Below are positions 1 through 33,800 of a DNA stretch of 50,916 nt, in pieces. Within the stretch, counting starts at the first letter, position 1; the number at the start of each line of letters is the position of its first letter. Origin of the DNA: Mesotaenium endlicherianum. Lineage: Eukaryota. The notes beneath the pieces are model-generated. The model saw only the letters and a list, made by a program, of their open reading frames with translations, was not told where the DNA came from and searched no databases. The stretch covers positions 745,115 through 796,030 of the forward strand of contig WELA01000805.1 in assembly GCA_009602735.1 (NCBI GenBank), written 5' to 3'. The position numbers were made by a program, and so were the translations under genes.

Positions 1-1018
1 CCCCCCTCCTTCCCTTCTCCTCCCTTCCCCTCCTGGAGCCAGCGTCCCAGCCCTCAGTCACATATAGTGCAAACTTTCCCTCTCTAACCTGCGGCGTGCC
101 CATTTGAGAGCACGCCGAGTGCGTCTGCGAGACCCCCTCTTGAATACTCCCTCGTCCCGGGAGCCTACCCTCAAGGGCCAGGGCCCATCTAGGGTGAGCC
201 CACTTCTCAAACCCTACGTTGACAGGTGTCGCTTCCGAGAGCACGGCTCGGCGACGACTTCTGAGCCTTCTTTCCCTCCTCGACGGCAATTCTGGCTCTT
301 TGTCCGCTCAGGGACCCCGCACATCTTGAACTTTGGGCTCCGTGGCTCAGACCCTCAGGGGACTCGGAACGTGCAGAGGAGCTCTGCGCGAAGCGCGAGG
401 GGCGGAAAATTTGACCCCCTGATCCCGGAGCCCTGATTCTCCAAGACCTGTAAGTTTCCGTGCAGACGTTACGCCCGGTTCCTCGCTCTCGAGAGGGACT
501 CGACTTCTTGACTGGTGCGAAAAACTCTGCACGCACGGTATCGCGGACGTGAGCGTCGGCTCCTTCTCGATCTGCCCACAGGTTCTGGGGTCAGGGTCAT
601 GCTGCTCTTTCTCCTGACGCCCTTCCTCTGGAGCGACCCTCACCCCTGGCTGAGCTTGCTGCCTAAACCTGATCCTGGCCCTAACCCTAATCCCTGGATG
701 CGGGGAGAACCCGAGCCCTCGTCTGATGATATCTGCACCCAGGATGGGCTTCTCACGGTTGGGCCCCCTCTGAAACCTTTAGCCCTAGCCCTTGTGCCAA
801 ACAAGGCCCAGACCTCTGGTCTCCAATATGGCCAGAGTTCAGATCACAGGAGTGTGTGTGGCGGAGCACTCCATGCTGGACCCTTTCTTCGAAAAAAACA
901 GAGCTGGAGTTGGACAGGCCTGGGTTTCTTCCTTGAGGGCTCGGCGGGGCTGCCGACTGACTGGATCTCGACCTACGTGGCTGGCGGTGTCTGCGGGGCT
1001 GCATTGGGGGGGGGGCAG

Positions 1019-4000
1019 GTGTCTTCAACGACATCGCTCTGGCCGCCGTGGGAGCCCTCGACCACTACGGCGACCGCTGCCACCTGGCAGCTCCTGTGCT
1101 CGTCATCGACCTGGACGTGCATCAGGTGCGCTGGCTGACTGGCAACCCAGCAGACCAAAAGCCAACTGCTTGTTTGTTTCCGCAGTGTCTACTCGGGCAG
1201 CGCCCCTCTCCCCCCTTTCTCTGTCTGCCTGGGCGCCGTGCGAGGCGACGATACAACGATGCAACGATGCGACGGTGCAACGCCGTGCTTGTCCTTTGCT
1301 GTGTTGCCTGTGGAGCGCGGGCGCCCCTGTGCTCAGCCGTGCTGGGCTTCACACTTGCGCCCCTCCCCCCCGCTCCTTCGACTCTTCCCTTCCCGCTTGA
1401 GGTTTCAGTGAGTGAGAGGCAGGCGACGGCTATAGCTCTCTGCTCGTTGCTGCGCCCTTAACGCCGTCCCCGCTCTGGCATCTCGAGGGGCGGAGCTGAT
1501 TTCTTGTGTAACAGTATGCTGCAAAGTGCTGCCGTGCTGCACATCGGCACAGTCAGGCTGTTCAGTCTGCCGGATGTGCTGTTTTCCCTGTGGCTTTTTG
1601 GGCCAGTCAAGCCGCCCCGCCTGATGTCCCAGGTGGTCTCTCCCCCGGGGGCCAAGGCTGAAGCCGGAGCTGGTGCTGATGTGCTCTGGTGCTCTTCTGG
1701 TGCCGATGCTCATGCCGGTTCAGAGTCCGATCCCTTTGGTTGAACTGAGGATGGGATGTGCCTCTGCCTGAATCATCACGATGGCTCCACTCCAGCCCCC
1801 CCCCTCCCCCCNNNNNNNNNNNNNNNNNNNNNNNNNNNNNNNNNNNNNNNNNNNNNNNNNNNNNNNNNNNNNNNNNNNNNNNNNNNNNNNNNNNNNNNNN
1901 NNNNNNNNNNNNNNNNNNNNNNNNNNNNNNNNNNNNNNNNNNNNNNNNNNNNNNNNNNNNNNNNNNNNNNNNNNNNNNNNNNNNNNNNNNNNNNNNNNNN
2001 NNNNNNNNNNNNNNNNNNNNNNNCCCCCCCCCCCTTCCGCGTTGTCGAAGTGCCAATCTCCACATGCATGCCTTGTGTTTGGCCATGGATGCACGCACAT
2101 GCTCTTTTGTGCTCATGCCAGGGACACGTTTGTGCACGCTCGCACGCGCATACACACGCACGCCCGCTCGCACACGAACAGACACTTGCACAAAACACGC
2201 TGACTGCAGCCTGCAAAGTGAAGACCTGCACTCGTGTCCCGCATATTTTGAAAGCCAAGGACAAAGCCGATGCACGCCCGCACCCTCACCCACAAATAAA
2301 CAAACACACACAAAGGTGCGCAGGCGTGCAGAGCTGTTGCAAATGCTGACAGTGCAAAAGGCAGAGCACACGGGGCACTGACAGGACAGGTGGCACCCAC
2401 CTGGTGGTGCAGCATCCGTGCAATGGGGCAAGATGGCCCTCCCCAGCGCCGGTGGGGAGACGCCCGCCGCCCGAGCCTATCACAGCATGACACGTGTCGG
2501 CAAGCGCCTGCTTCTCCTGGGGGGCTATGACGGGAAGGCCACATTTGACGACACCTGGTGGCTCGTCCCCGACGGTCAGATCTCCCTCCCTCTCCCCCTC
2601 CCCCTTCCTCCTCCTCCTCACCTCTGCTCTTCCCCCAGCTCTACCCGGCACCAGCTCTAACCTGCCCTTCCCTGCCCTCTCCTGCCTGCTGTGACCAGAA
2701 CCCCACAGGCGTGCCAGGTGTCTGGTGCTCACATGCAAAGTGCAGCCTTGGTTTCAATTAGCAAATTACTTCCTGTCTGTATCATTGCTTCGCTCTGAGC
2801 TGTTGTCTTGCGCTGCTACTGACAGGACAGGGGACCTTTCGTGAGCCTCTCGCGCTCGGTGGCTCCTCCAAGGTGCTTGCTGAGTGGCTCTGTACAGGCG
2901 CCACGCGGGAGCACTTGCCTTGTGGTCCAGATGCGTCGTACCTCACACTGGTCTCCATGATCGTCCTGGTGCAGTGTATCTTTGTCAGCCAGGCTCCTGC
3001 AACGGCGCTCCCCGCCCTGTGCTCTAGTTCCCGTCCTGTGTGTTTGATTGGTAGGGAGTCCGGCTCAACCGCGTGCGTCTAGCATTGCAGCGCTCATTCT
3101 CGAGCTCCCTTGGTCCCTTTGTGTGTTTAGTTTCTACATGGGCGCGCGTGCCCTGTCTTTTGGTGAAGAAAGAAAGCGACAGGTGTGGGTGCCGATGGCT
3201 TGCAGGCCCTGACTCTGGGTTCTGAAATCTGGATTGGCAGGCTGGCGTGGACGCCCTCAAGGAGGACAGTTTTGGACGCCTGTCGCTCACCAGGTAACGC
3301 CGGCAAATGAACCTGCAGACACACAGATGAGCGAAGGCAGACAGGTTGACAGATAAGGTAGACTGACAGACAGGCAAGGGCAGACGCACAGACCGAGGCT
3401 GCAACCTCGCCAGCTCTGTGGGGACCGCTCGTCAAAGTGGGCCGAGCGGGCGTCACGAGTGTTGATGTGCTGACGTGTTGATGCTATCCGTTGCTTCCTG
3501 ATTGCTCGAGGACACTGCTTTCTTCTTGAGCAGCTCTTTGTCTCGTGTGCCTCCCAGCTTAGTGGTGTCAGAGCAGCGACTGGTGTTAAGTTGTTGAAAA
3601 CATTCTACTCACGCCGATGCGTGGATCATGCGTGTGCTCTATGTCTTCGATTCCAACAACGGCAAGGGATCATATTCTGCTTGCAATCTCTACCAGTGGT
3701 TCAGCGAGGGCAGCGCTTGTGCTTGCTCCGTTTCCTGCAGGCAGGGCATGCTGAGAAGGAACAATCTTGTGTACAGCGCGTGCATTGAGGCGAACGTCCC
3801 CCTGGTCATCACCATGGGGGGAGGCTACTCCCGTCCCAGCGATGGTAGGGCGCATTGTGTGTTGACCTCACTTATGTGTTCTATCCTCTGCTTTCTGCAC
3901 ATGAGATTCTGCCACTTCATCCAGCATCTCTCCTTCTCTTTCACTTCTGCTTGTGAGTGCGTTGTGTCCATGTGTGTCGTTCTCTCTTTTTGTGCGTGTG

Positions 4001-4359
4001 TGTTGGCCTGCGCGTCCGTGCCAGCTGCACGCTTGTGTCGTAGATTGTGTTGCTGTTGTGAGCAAGTGAGATCAGTGCAGACAAGGGTCGCTGGAACTTC
4101 ATGAGCTTAAATTGTAAGGCAGTTGTGCCATCTTCTGATCATAGCAGGTCTTTCAATACTGACACAGTACTATGTGTCGAACATGTCAAACCGGATCTTC
4201 GAACCCAAATTTTGAAGGCTTCACTGATGCGAGCCGACCTGGACTGGTGATGCAGCCTCCATTCTGGCGCACGCGGATGTATATCGGTCTGCAGCCTACA
4301 GATACACTGCGCAGTACGGCTTGAAGCCGTATGCAAGAGCTGCTGGCGCAGCCTTGTAG
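1019..4359 (+). CDS. Histone deacetylase family protein (class IV/HDAC11-like or cyanobacterial-type), 3' part; spliced, incomplete
   Basis: AG/GT-bounded exons: 1019-1125 ((C)[35 protein letters not shown]), 3241-3293 ([17 protein letters not shown]), 3741-3844 ([34 protein letters not shown]), 4256-4359 ([14 protein letters not shown]...TAG). These carry the HDAC motifs FND, DLDVHQ, AGVD and GGGY. The last three exons join in phase. The exon(s) expected between DVHQ and AGVD were not found (gap at 1812-2023), and no upstream exons were recognised in the window. Confidence 0.85.
2413..2574 (+). CDS. Isolated exon encoding a Kelch repeat (resembles plant GPA3-type Kelch proteins)
   Basis: tgcag|CA...GACG|gtcag, a 162-nt phase 1-1 exon reading [53 protein letters not shown]. 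This matches the Kelch consensus P.AR..HS.....LLLFGG.DG...F.D.W. The family call is from memory, not a search. Confidence 0.75.
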
Positions 4360-5640
4360 GGCTTCGGGCAACAAAGTAGGCAAGAGCCAGATGAGCAATC
4401 GCACTTAAATAATGCTTGAAGCTATTCGCAGCTCTGACGTCACCAGCCAAGTAGTGGCAGTTTGTCCATTCTCTGGAACTTTTTTCATTTAATCGAGACT
4501 GAGTTGTTGGGTGTGCTCTGCAGCCTGCTGTGCACAGATCAAGGAGTTGCTCTGCAAAATCTGGACTACAGATTTAAAAGACATCTGCTGTGAGACCCTT
4601 GCTGAGGTTTGACTGACTTCAGAGTTTAAGGATATCATTGCACATTTTTAAGATGCAAACCTCAACTCTCTGCCATGTACAACTAAGCTGTATGCTTGCG
4701 GTTTTGATTTTTTCCATGCCTGCAAAAGTTTGTTGCAATGAGGGACGTGGATTCAACATTCTAATGGCAACCATAGGTACCCACTGCGCGACCTTTCAGC
4801 TTGGGCTGCATGAGGACCTTGGCATCCCCAATAGAAAGAGTTGCAGGATTTGCTGGCCTCTAACAAAGTAGAAAGGTTCATGAATAACATACGCACCATT
4901 TGCAGATTCTACTTCATCCAGAAGGCATTTCTTTGCAGCTTTGCATTCTCGATACTTCTGGTGGTGCTATGCAGAAACTAACACGTACTGTTGCTGAAAC
5001 TTTTTGCATACCCTACATGATGCTAGCTCTTTGCCGCGAAGGTTTTGATCTTGCCGTTACAATCGCTGGAAGTTCTTAACACGGCTATACAAAGCACGGA
5101 AGTGGGCTTTGAAATGATATTTTGACAAGAGTTTTGACCACCGACGGGTTTTGATTGCAAGGGGCGGGGGCGGGAGCACATGAAGTCAAGGTCCGACCCA
5201 AAATTGGCTGGCTTTTTAGTGTGGGCTCGGGACTTGTTTAGTCTAGGCAATTAACTTAATGATTTGTGAAAATTTAATACGGTCGATCCGACTGGGGCTA
5301 AATGTAGACGGCAGTCTAGAGCAACATGCATCAAACCGGTTACTACCGGTAATTTGTGGCTGGAACCAAAAGTCGTGCTCGCCCGTCAAACGCACGTGCT
5401 GTCTTTACACTTACCACGAAATATGTAAATGATTTCTCTTTCAATTCGACTCACCGCTACGTGACATACTTCGACAGACGGGAGGTGCAGGAGTGAAGTT
5501 CTAAACATCGCCTGCGGCGGAGTAATATAGACAGTTCACCGAGGGAAGCAACGCTGGGGCTATTGGAAAAGGAATTAGCTAGCATGTTGGATGTTAGGAG
5601 TATTCTCAGACTAGGTCCTTGCACCGTCTAGATTGGTGCC

Positions 5641-26197
<20,557 letters not shown>

Positions 26198-27974
26198 TGC
26201 GGTGGTGTTGGGGGTATATTGTTTTTGTGGGATGTAGGAATATCGTTTGGTAGTCATCAACTATGATGATGAGTCTTGGTGTATGTGAGCTCCCAAGGCG
26301 TCTGAGGCGGTCGAGATATTGTAAACAGGGGGCTCATTACAGCGAACTTACTCTATTGTAGTTACCCCGTGCAATTGCACAGGGTTGGAACAAAAGTGAC
26401 TGCAGATAATAAAGATGAAGGTACAGATCATGCTAATGGTTAAGATTACTCGCACATTGTCTCAAATTTTCCCTCGAAAAGCTTGTCAATAAGTGTAACT
26501 TGCTGGTGTCATGTGTACATGTGAGGTGAGTAGTAAGCGCTTCAATAAATTTGTAAATTTGTCCATTTGTGGGGAACAAACGTTTAGGTGAACATAGGGA
26601 AATTGTAGGGGGGTGACGGCTAAACAATGTTAGCAGCCGTGGCGTTTTTAAGTGCATCATATCTAAGCATCTTGGGTAATATTGTCCACTCAATGCTATG
26701 TCAATGTGTAAGACTCCCCATCTATAGTAAAAGGCCTATTGCTAATTAAAATGTATCAATGATTGATCCAAATGATGATGTGCAAGTAGTAAGCATTAAA
26801 AGGAGTAATCTTATTGAGTTTTTGCACATCCACATCGTACGGTTCCCCTCACGTAACGTTTATCAAGGGCGCGTCTCTGCCTCACCTCGTTGCTCCTAGA
26901 AAAATCTTGGATCAAGGTACTTTAAGGAAAAGTGCTTCTAGAGGAAAGCGCCTTTAAGAAATTTTGAAAGTTGTTCTTTTGATCGGGCAACTCACAAAAC
27001 GGAAGATTGCCATTGTGGGGCCTACTTTGCTTGCCATCCGCTTTTGGGGCCAGAGCATGCCCATGGGACGCTCTTGTGAGCGACCATGTAGCCACTAACG
27101 AAGCGCAAAAAACATTTTGTGAGAGAGCGTTTTGACGAAGGAGTGCGTGGAAGGAGAGGAAATTAGGAGGCGGCCAGCCATGGTTGGCCGCAAGGACAAA
27201 TCTTGGGGTCCGATGTTGTTGAACACTAGATATTCCACGATAACTCACACTTTTTGCTGCATCTACTACCTTCACTCTTGATTTATTTGTGATCACAGTA
27301 GTAGTCCAATCATGCAATGAAGCACAATTTTGAAAATCTGTCATCACAACTTTGCTGACCGGATGACTTTTTTAGAGTAAAAAATCGAAAAGAATGACAC
27401 CCAAACATTTATTGCTAACACTGCAAAACTTGGGTCTGTATAACTCTTGGGGCCTCAATTTTCAAGGCATGGGAATCTAGCCAGGGATATGTATGTGGGT
27501 AGTCACTACATGTGCAAAATTTGAGGCCTGTTGGAGAAGTACTCTGCCTTATGGAGCTCTTCGCAAAAATGCACCGCATATGACGCGCAAAAAAAACATG
27601 ATGCAACAAGCATTTCAATGGACACCTTCACATAGCATGACTTTATGAAATGCACACATATCACATGTATCTGAAACTCAGCATTACACATTTTTGTGTC
27701 CTTGGCTTGTCAATTTTTTTGATTTTGGTTTCAAATATACCTTAATTATCATAATTAGTCATCATTCAGGAACAAAGCAAACAATTAATGTATTTTTTGA
27801 AAACACAAAGACTAAAAGCGAATACAAACTGATGAACTCATTCATGTCATAAGCTTATGCATCTCACTCATCCCACTACAATTGTTTAGATCTCCTACCA
27901 GATTGCCTCAACTTCGTCGATTCTCGCCTACTTGTGTCTCTTAAGACCTCTTCTCCCTGAAAGGTCCTTTATCT

Positions 27975-30497
27975 AGATGGGGAATGACCCTGGTTGTGTG
28001 GTGTACTTGAAAACAGGGGGCAGCACACAAGTACACATTACAAAGCTAACACTTGTAATCAATGAACTTAGCGCTCTTTCTACTAGCACGGTGTCCATAC
28101 GTACCCCCAACACACTAGACACAATACTTCCTCTTCTCAGCTTCTGTAGGAAAGTACCTTCCACTGAATCTGCCTTCTAGTGTAGGTTTTGTTGCTGCTA
28201 CCCTGGTTGCCATTCCACTAGGTCCTCATGAAGGTTATTAGAAAGAGCACATGTCATCCATGATGTCCATGTAATTGTCTAATCTGTCTGCCTTTTGGCT
28301 GCACCGTCTTGTACATGATAAAGACATTGGCAAGAAGGCCATAAATGCCCCAATATACCTTGTGCCACCACTTCCTGTTGACTAAGCCTCTCTTAGCACT
28401 GTAACCTTTTCCAAACAATATGCATCAAGCTGTACATATTGTAATGCTCAACTAGCTCAAGGGCTGCAATTTTGAGTTTTTCTTTTTTCGTTGCGCCAAC
28501 TCTGTATAGTCGGAGCCAGCCCTCTGGCTGTTGACAAGAAAGCACATGGAGCTTTATTATTCCACACAGTTGCTACCATAGGGGGCTGCTCATTGTAAGT
28601 TGCAAGTGTGTAGCCTTTAGGGTGGGTATCATGTACAACTACTGCTTAAGATAGTTCTTTCTAGTAGATACTATAGTGCCTGTGGTTCCGTGTCCTAGCT
28701 GTGCAAGTTTAGAAAAGAGGTGAGGAGAGCTGAAGTCTTTGTTAAGTATGAGAGTTAAGTGTTTGCTACTAAGTCTAACACAAAATCAATCTTTGCACCT
28801 TTCTTTCATTAAACTCTATTATATATGATGAAGGCATAGCATAAATATGTGTTTACATCACAAACTCTGAAGACTCATATACCATATGAAAGGGGGAAGG
28901 ATGCGGAGAGTGCGCCTATACACACTCACGCACCCTCACCCGCGAGTGGAAGCGTGCACGAGGATCTTTCCTAGTCGCATGCACAAGGTGGAGTGGCCTG
29001 GTGATATGCCACCCTTGCAAGAGTTAGAGAGGTACATGAGAGCGGAGGAAGAAAAGAACTCCCTTCATTAAGAAAAGTCGTGTACAAGATAAAACAAGAT
29101 TTGGTAAGACTAGACTAGACAAGACTAGACTCCATCTTCTTCTTTATGCTTCCTATTTATGCTTCAACTCTAAGTGTCCTCTCTAGCAAAATACCTCCAA
29201 AACCTTATACTATGGCTCCTCTCATGTAGGTGACCTTGCCTTGTTGGACAAGCTAGCACACTTACACGCACACAATCACACTCTAATATTCTACTACACA
29301 GTCCACTAACACCTCACGGAGTTTCTAGAAATTACACTATCATTTTGGCACTCTACGTAATCAATTGTACGTGTTTTTGGAACCATCATGATTTAGTGTC
29401 CCACTCCTTGGACTCCAAACGAAGTTTTCGTCAGTGGACCTGTCCTTGTCACTATCCGTGACATTTAAGATTCATTAAAAACTCTCAAAACTCATAACTT
29501 TCTCAATACTTATCCAAACAAATTGAAACACAGTTCAATATTCTTCTATAATTACGCTCTATGCATATAAAATGCTAAAAATTTACAAAGTACACTTTCA
29601 TGACCATACACCATATTTGTATGGCTTAGATGCATAATAGACTCTAACAGGACATCGTCAATGGTTCTCTCATCCACTGTGAGAGTACTAAACAAAGTTT
29701 CTCTATGCACAAATCTGTAAAAGGTTGCAATTGCCAAAGCTTGAATGCTCTAGAGTCTGTAATAAACAATCTTATTGTCTGTTGTTTCTGACATGAAAAA
29801 TCTTCTTATTTGTTTAAATCTATTCTTACTCATGAACCTGCCAAAGGTCAGGAGAGTGATAGGCGCTTTCACTGTCTTCTGTCGTTAACTCTTTAGCCTA
29901 GGAAGAGCATGTAGCTCCATAGCCATGCACAATCCATGGAAGACAACCATCTCTGTGCATGTCACAGGACTCCAACCCTTCACACTGTGTTGTGATGCAT
30001 AGTTGTTTGTCTCCACAGCCAAATATGGGAAGAAAGCATTAGGTATGAAGAGACACAACATGTCAAAGGGACTTATACTTTTAAATCTCTTGTCTCGAAT
30101 GCCTTGGAGGTCATGGTCGTGGTTTTGACTTGGTTGCAACAGGTCTTCATAACAGTTGTCTCTTGGAGCAGGCACCTTCCAATTCCATACTCTTCAAACT
30201 CCTCCTCCTCCTCCTCCTCCTCTACTATATTTACTATAAGAGGAGCCTCCTCTGTGTCTTCAAAATCCAAGAAGTCTTTTTCTTTAATGCTGCTGCTGTC
30301 AGGCCCAGACTCAGAGTCCAGATCACTTCTTTTTCTTCCTTACTAAACATTGACTTTCCTTGAAACATGAACTTACTTCTTACTGCAAGGGCTGCTATTT
30401 TAATTGAACCTGTAGATGTGCCCCTCTTCTTGCTACGTTGACTGACAGTAAGACTAGATTCAGGGTCTTGCATCTCTGTACTGACTTGTGTCTTCAT
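27975..30497 (-). pseudogene. Decayed piggyBac (PGBD/DDE_Tnp_1_7) transposase
   Basis: Minus-strand segments occur in the canonical order: acidic N-terminus; SPFDMLCLFIP..AVETNNYA..WSPVT..EM; FGRFMSKNRFKQI; TVDERTI; RCPVRVYYASKPYKYG|I*VFRVCD; NKDFSSPHLF..LGHGTTGTI..RKN; MVATVWNNKAPCAFLSTA; VEHYNMY; RKWWHKVYW; C-terminal Cys-rich domain KRKYCV*C...YKC*LCNVYLCAAPCFQVHH. Many stops and frameshifts. TIRs were not identified. Confidence 0.85.
28887..29610. mobile_element. Solo LTR (724 bp) inserted in the piggyBac transposase
   Basis: Ends TGAAAG...CATACA with a perfect 5-bp TSD CCATA (28882-28886 and 29611-29615). Removing it restores the transposase KYG motif. Confidence 0.85.
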
Positions 30498-30666
30498 AAG
30501 TGTAGTCTAAGACACTCTAAAAGATGACTGTAGGTTATCTTGACTCTCGAGTGCTTTTGGAGCCGCTTGTTGCTCACTTTCCCGCAAGTATACTCCCTCA
30601 CAAATCTTATGGAAGCACTCAGAATCTTTCTTAATTCTCCCTTCAACAAAATCCTGCATAAATTTT

Positions 30667-32833
30667 AGGCGTACGCTATGAGATCGAGTGTGCATCATCG
30701 GTATACAACACATATCAAACAAGCAGACTTTGCTACAATATAGTCAAAATTACATGTGGCTTTATAGCCAAAAAAGGGAGTCAACCGTCGAATGTTTATA
30801 TTTATAAGTGTGTACTATCCAGAGCAAGCACCTCAAGACTGTATATTGGTAAAAGAACAATCACTGAAGTATGGTCCAAAAGATCACTAGAAGTCCATGG
30901 TCTGATCTTTGTAGAGTAGTCTCATGCAAGGATTTAAGCTGTGACTTTTCTCACCACTTGTGAAGTTCTTCAAGTGATTGGAAGCCAGAAGGGCTTGTTC
31001 TTCACAAGAGAGACTAGTGCACCTAAAAACACAAGAGATAGAAGTGTAAGTTTCACTGATAACTCTGTTACTTACAACTTGCCATGGTGCACTCTTAAAA
31101 AGATGTCACACTAGGTACATCTCTACTACTTTATACTCTTGGAAAATTGGCGTGCAATGCAGCGGATTCAATGCACGATGTCACTTTAGGAAGCTCTTAT
31201 ATGTCCACAAATGTGTGCAAGGCACGTACTAGCTCTTCTATAGGTGTCGTGCGTTACGAGGTCGGGTGCAAGGAGTGTGTACTCTCGAGAGTGAGCACCT
31301 CAAGATTGTGATCGGGTAGGAAAACAACTAATGAAGTATGGCCCAAAAGATCACTGGAAGCACATCATGATCTTCAAGAGTAGTCCTATGCAAGAGTTTA
31401 AGCTGTGACTTTGCTCACCACTTGTGAAGTTCTTCAAGTGACTGGAAGCCAGGAGGGCTTGCTCTTCACCAGAGAGAGACTAAGTGGTCCTGAAAACACG
31501 AGAGATAAAAATGTAAGCTTTACTGATGATCTCTGTCATTTACATTTGGCATGATGGACTTCTAAAGATATGGTTCTCTAGGGTGATCTCTAGTACTTAT
31601 ACTCCTGGAAACGCGGCGTCGTATGCGGCGGATCCAATGCATGTAGTCACTCTAGGAGGCTCTCTTATGTCCACTAATGTGTACAAGGCATGTACTAGCA
31701 CTCCTATAGGCTAAGCATAACTCAAACCAATCAAAGAAGCACGTAGAATATGCTACGTGTCTCTCATTGGTGGAGCTTACCTTGGGTGATTCTACCTAGA
31801 TAGCGCCTCAAAAGTGGATTTGGAACTTGAGGAAACTTCCTCAAGGAGTAGGTGATGCAGTCACCAAGTTATAGCCTCAATGATGCACTTATAATATGGA
31901 AATGTAAGACTTATATAGCCTAAGGGGCTCGCGGGTTTGTGCGCACAAAGCAAAGGGTCCTTAGGGTCACGAATAACGAACAATGTCACCTTTCGGTACA
32001 TTGAGTCACAAATTGGCCGTTGGGTGTAATTCCGCTAGGGGCCAAAAAAGGGTGCGGACTAGATCGCGCCTATCTTGCTCGATACTTGACCAAATGACGC
32101 GAAACCGGTGCCATTCGGAAGATGCTTCAACGCGCTACACATTAGTAACTTGGAAATCTAGAAAAGATCAACATATGGATGCGTAAAGTCAATGCAAAGT
32201 TGGTCTTCCTCGGTTGATGGTTCACACATGTGGAGCTCGATTTTGTACGCCAACCTCGACTTAATAAATCATGACATAGGCTAGGCATAACTCAAACCAA
32301 TCAAAATTAGATGCAATGAGTATGCTAAATGCTTCTCATTGGTGGAGCTTACCTTGATCAATGCTACCTAGATAAAGCCTCAAAAGTAAATTTGGAGGAA
32401 GCTTCCTCCAGGGTTAGGTGATGCAGTCACCAAGTTATAGCTCCTATGATGCACATTTATCATTGAAATGCAAAGATTATGTGGTCTAAGGAGCTTGCAA
32501 ATTTGTGTGCACAAAGCTAAGGGTCCTTGGGGTCACATATAGCCAACAATGTGACCTCTGGGGCTCAAGTTGGTCTCTGGTGACATTCCGCTAGGGGCCC
32601 TCTTGGTGGTGCAAACTAGATCGCGAATATCTCGTTCGATACTTGACCAAATGACGCGAAACCGGTGCCATTTGGGAGGTGACTCGACGCGCTACACTTT
32701 AGTGACTTGGAAATCTAGGGGAAAAAAACATATGGATACGTAAAGTCAAATGGAAGTTGGTCCTCCTTGGTTAATGGTTTATACTTGTGTAGCTTAGTTT
32801 TGTGCATCGACCTCGACTCAATAAATTATGACA
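30667..32833 (-). mobile_element. Short non-coding X+Y element, older copy (contains nested copy 31245-32276)
   Basis: The right end reads TGTCATAATTTATTGAGTCG on the minus strand. The left end aligns, with decay, to the CACGACA end of the family. Flanked by TTTT on both sides (30663-30666 and 32834-32837). Confidence 0.75.
31245..32276 (-). mobile_element. Short non-coding X+Y element nested in a copy of its own family
   Basis: Plus-strand ends TGTCGTG...CATGACA with a 4-bp TSD TAGG (31241-31244 and 32277-32280). Removing it rejoins the host copy. Confidence 0.88.
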
Positions 32834-33339
32834 TTTTTGTCTTCGCATATTGTAGCCAAAGAACACTTGATAAACAACGCCTTGGCTTTTTGGGCCTCAA
32901 TCCGCTTCTTGATCACTTCCTCTAATAACACTTCATCCCAATTAAGTGTCAGAATAACCAAAGTGTGCAGCGAGTATGAAAATTTTAGTTCTTAAAAGAG
33001 CGTCGAGAGAGCATTTTGCGACAGCCATGGCTAAAGAGAGCACGCAAAGAAGGAGGACTTTTGCATTCTTTTTCGATGACTTTCTCTATCGACACTTATT
33101 TTTGCATCGTACATATTTTAGTGTAACTTGTACGTAAGGATTCGGTTTGAATCGTTGATTTAATTCTGAACACATTGTAAAGTAGCTCATTATTGACTAA
33201 TTTCAACAAAAATAATTGAGTATATAGAGAAACATAATAGAGACAAAGAGGGCAAGTCATTGCATCAAAAAATGTGAGTTACATCATATAAGATGCACTC
33301 TAAAACCGGTTACTAGGAGATTGTCAATTCCGAACCAAA

Positions 33340-33800
33340 ATAGAGAGGCGTAGAAATACCCAATCTATGCTTTTTTTGTGATAAGGAGAAATGGTAGACG
33401 TAGATGCACTCCAACGGACCCATTTGCCTTTCTCCGCTACTAAATGGAGATAGTTTTTCCGATTAAAAGCGAAGAAAGGCGTAGACGATGCATCTCCGCT
33501 TTGATTGACCAATCAGTTACATGCATTGACGACATAACCGGCCAAAAACATCCTATTCAAAGCACTAAAGTCAAAAAGTCAAATATCGCTGACCGTTTTT
33601 GCAAGCGAGAAACTATTGACTTTTTAGATAAAACTTGTTTTCGCCACCGGCAATGTTGACTTCTAATTTTGAAAGTCGTTCTCGCTGCCGTCAGTCTGAC
33701 AAGCTAAATCCGATTTTAACTCTGTTTTGATTGGCGGTTCTAGCCGCGCCAACACACTTCAACCAACTTAAAATCCGGATACGCGTGACAATACAAATCG
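33340..33800. repeat. Dispersed repeat G, an inverted diverged copy of about 38600-39060
   Basis: Its reverse complement shares blocks such as aaatcggatt..tgtcaga and cgagaacgactttc...aagtcaa with 38660-38775. Both copies are rich in GGCG(G/T)AGA-type motifs. Boundaries are approximate. Confidence 0.55.

Noticed and set aside
660..795. Telomere-like CCCTAA/CCTAAA motifs
   Set aside because: They are few, degenerate and not tandem, so there is no evidence of an interstitial telomere.
2990..3052. [15 protein letters not shown] as the missing HDAC exon
   Set aside because: The resemblance is weak, there is no PDL..YQ motif, and the splice sites are unconvincing.
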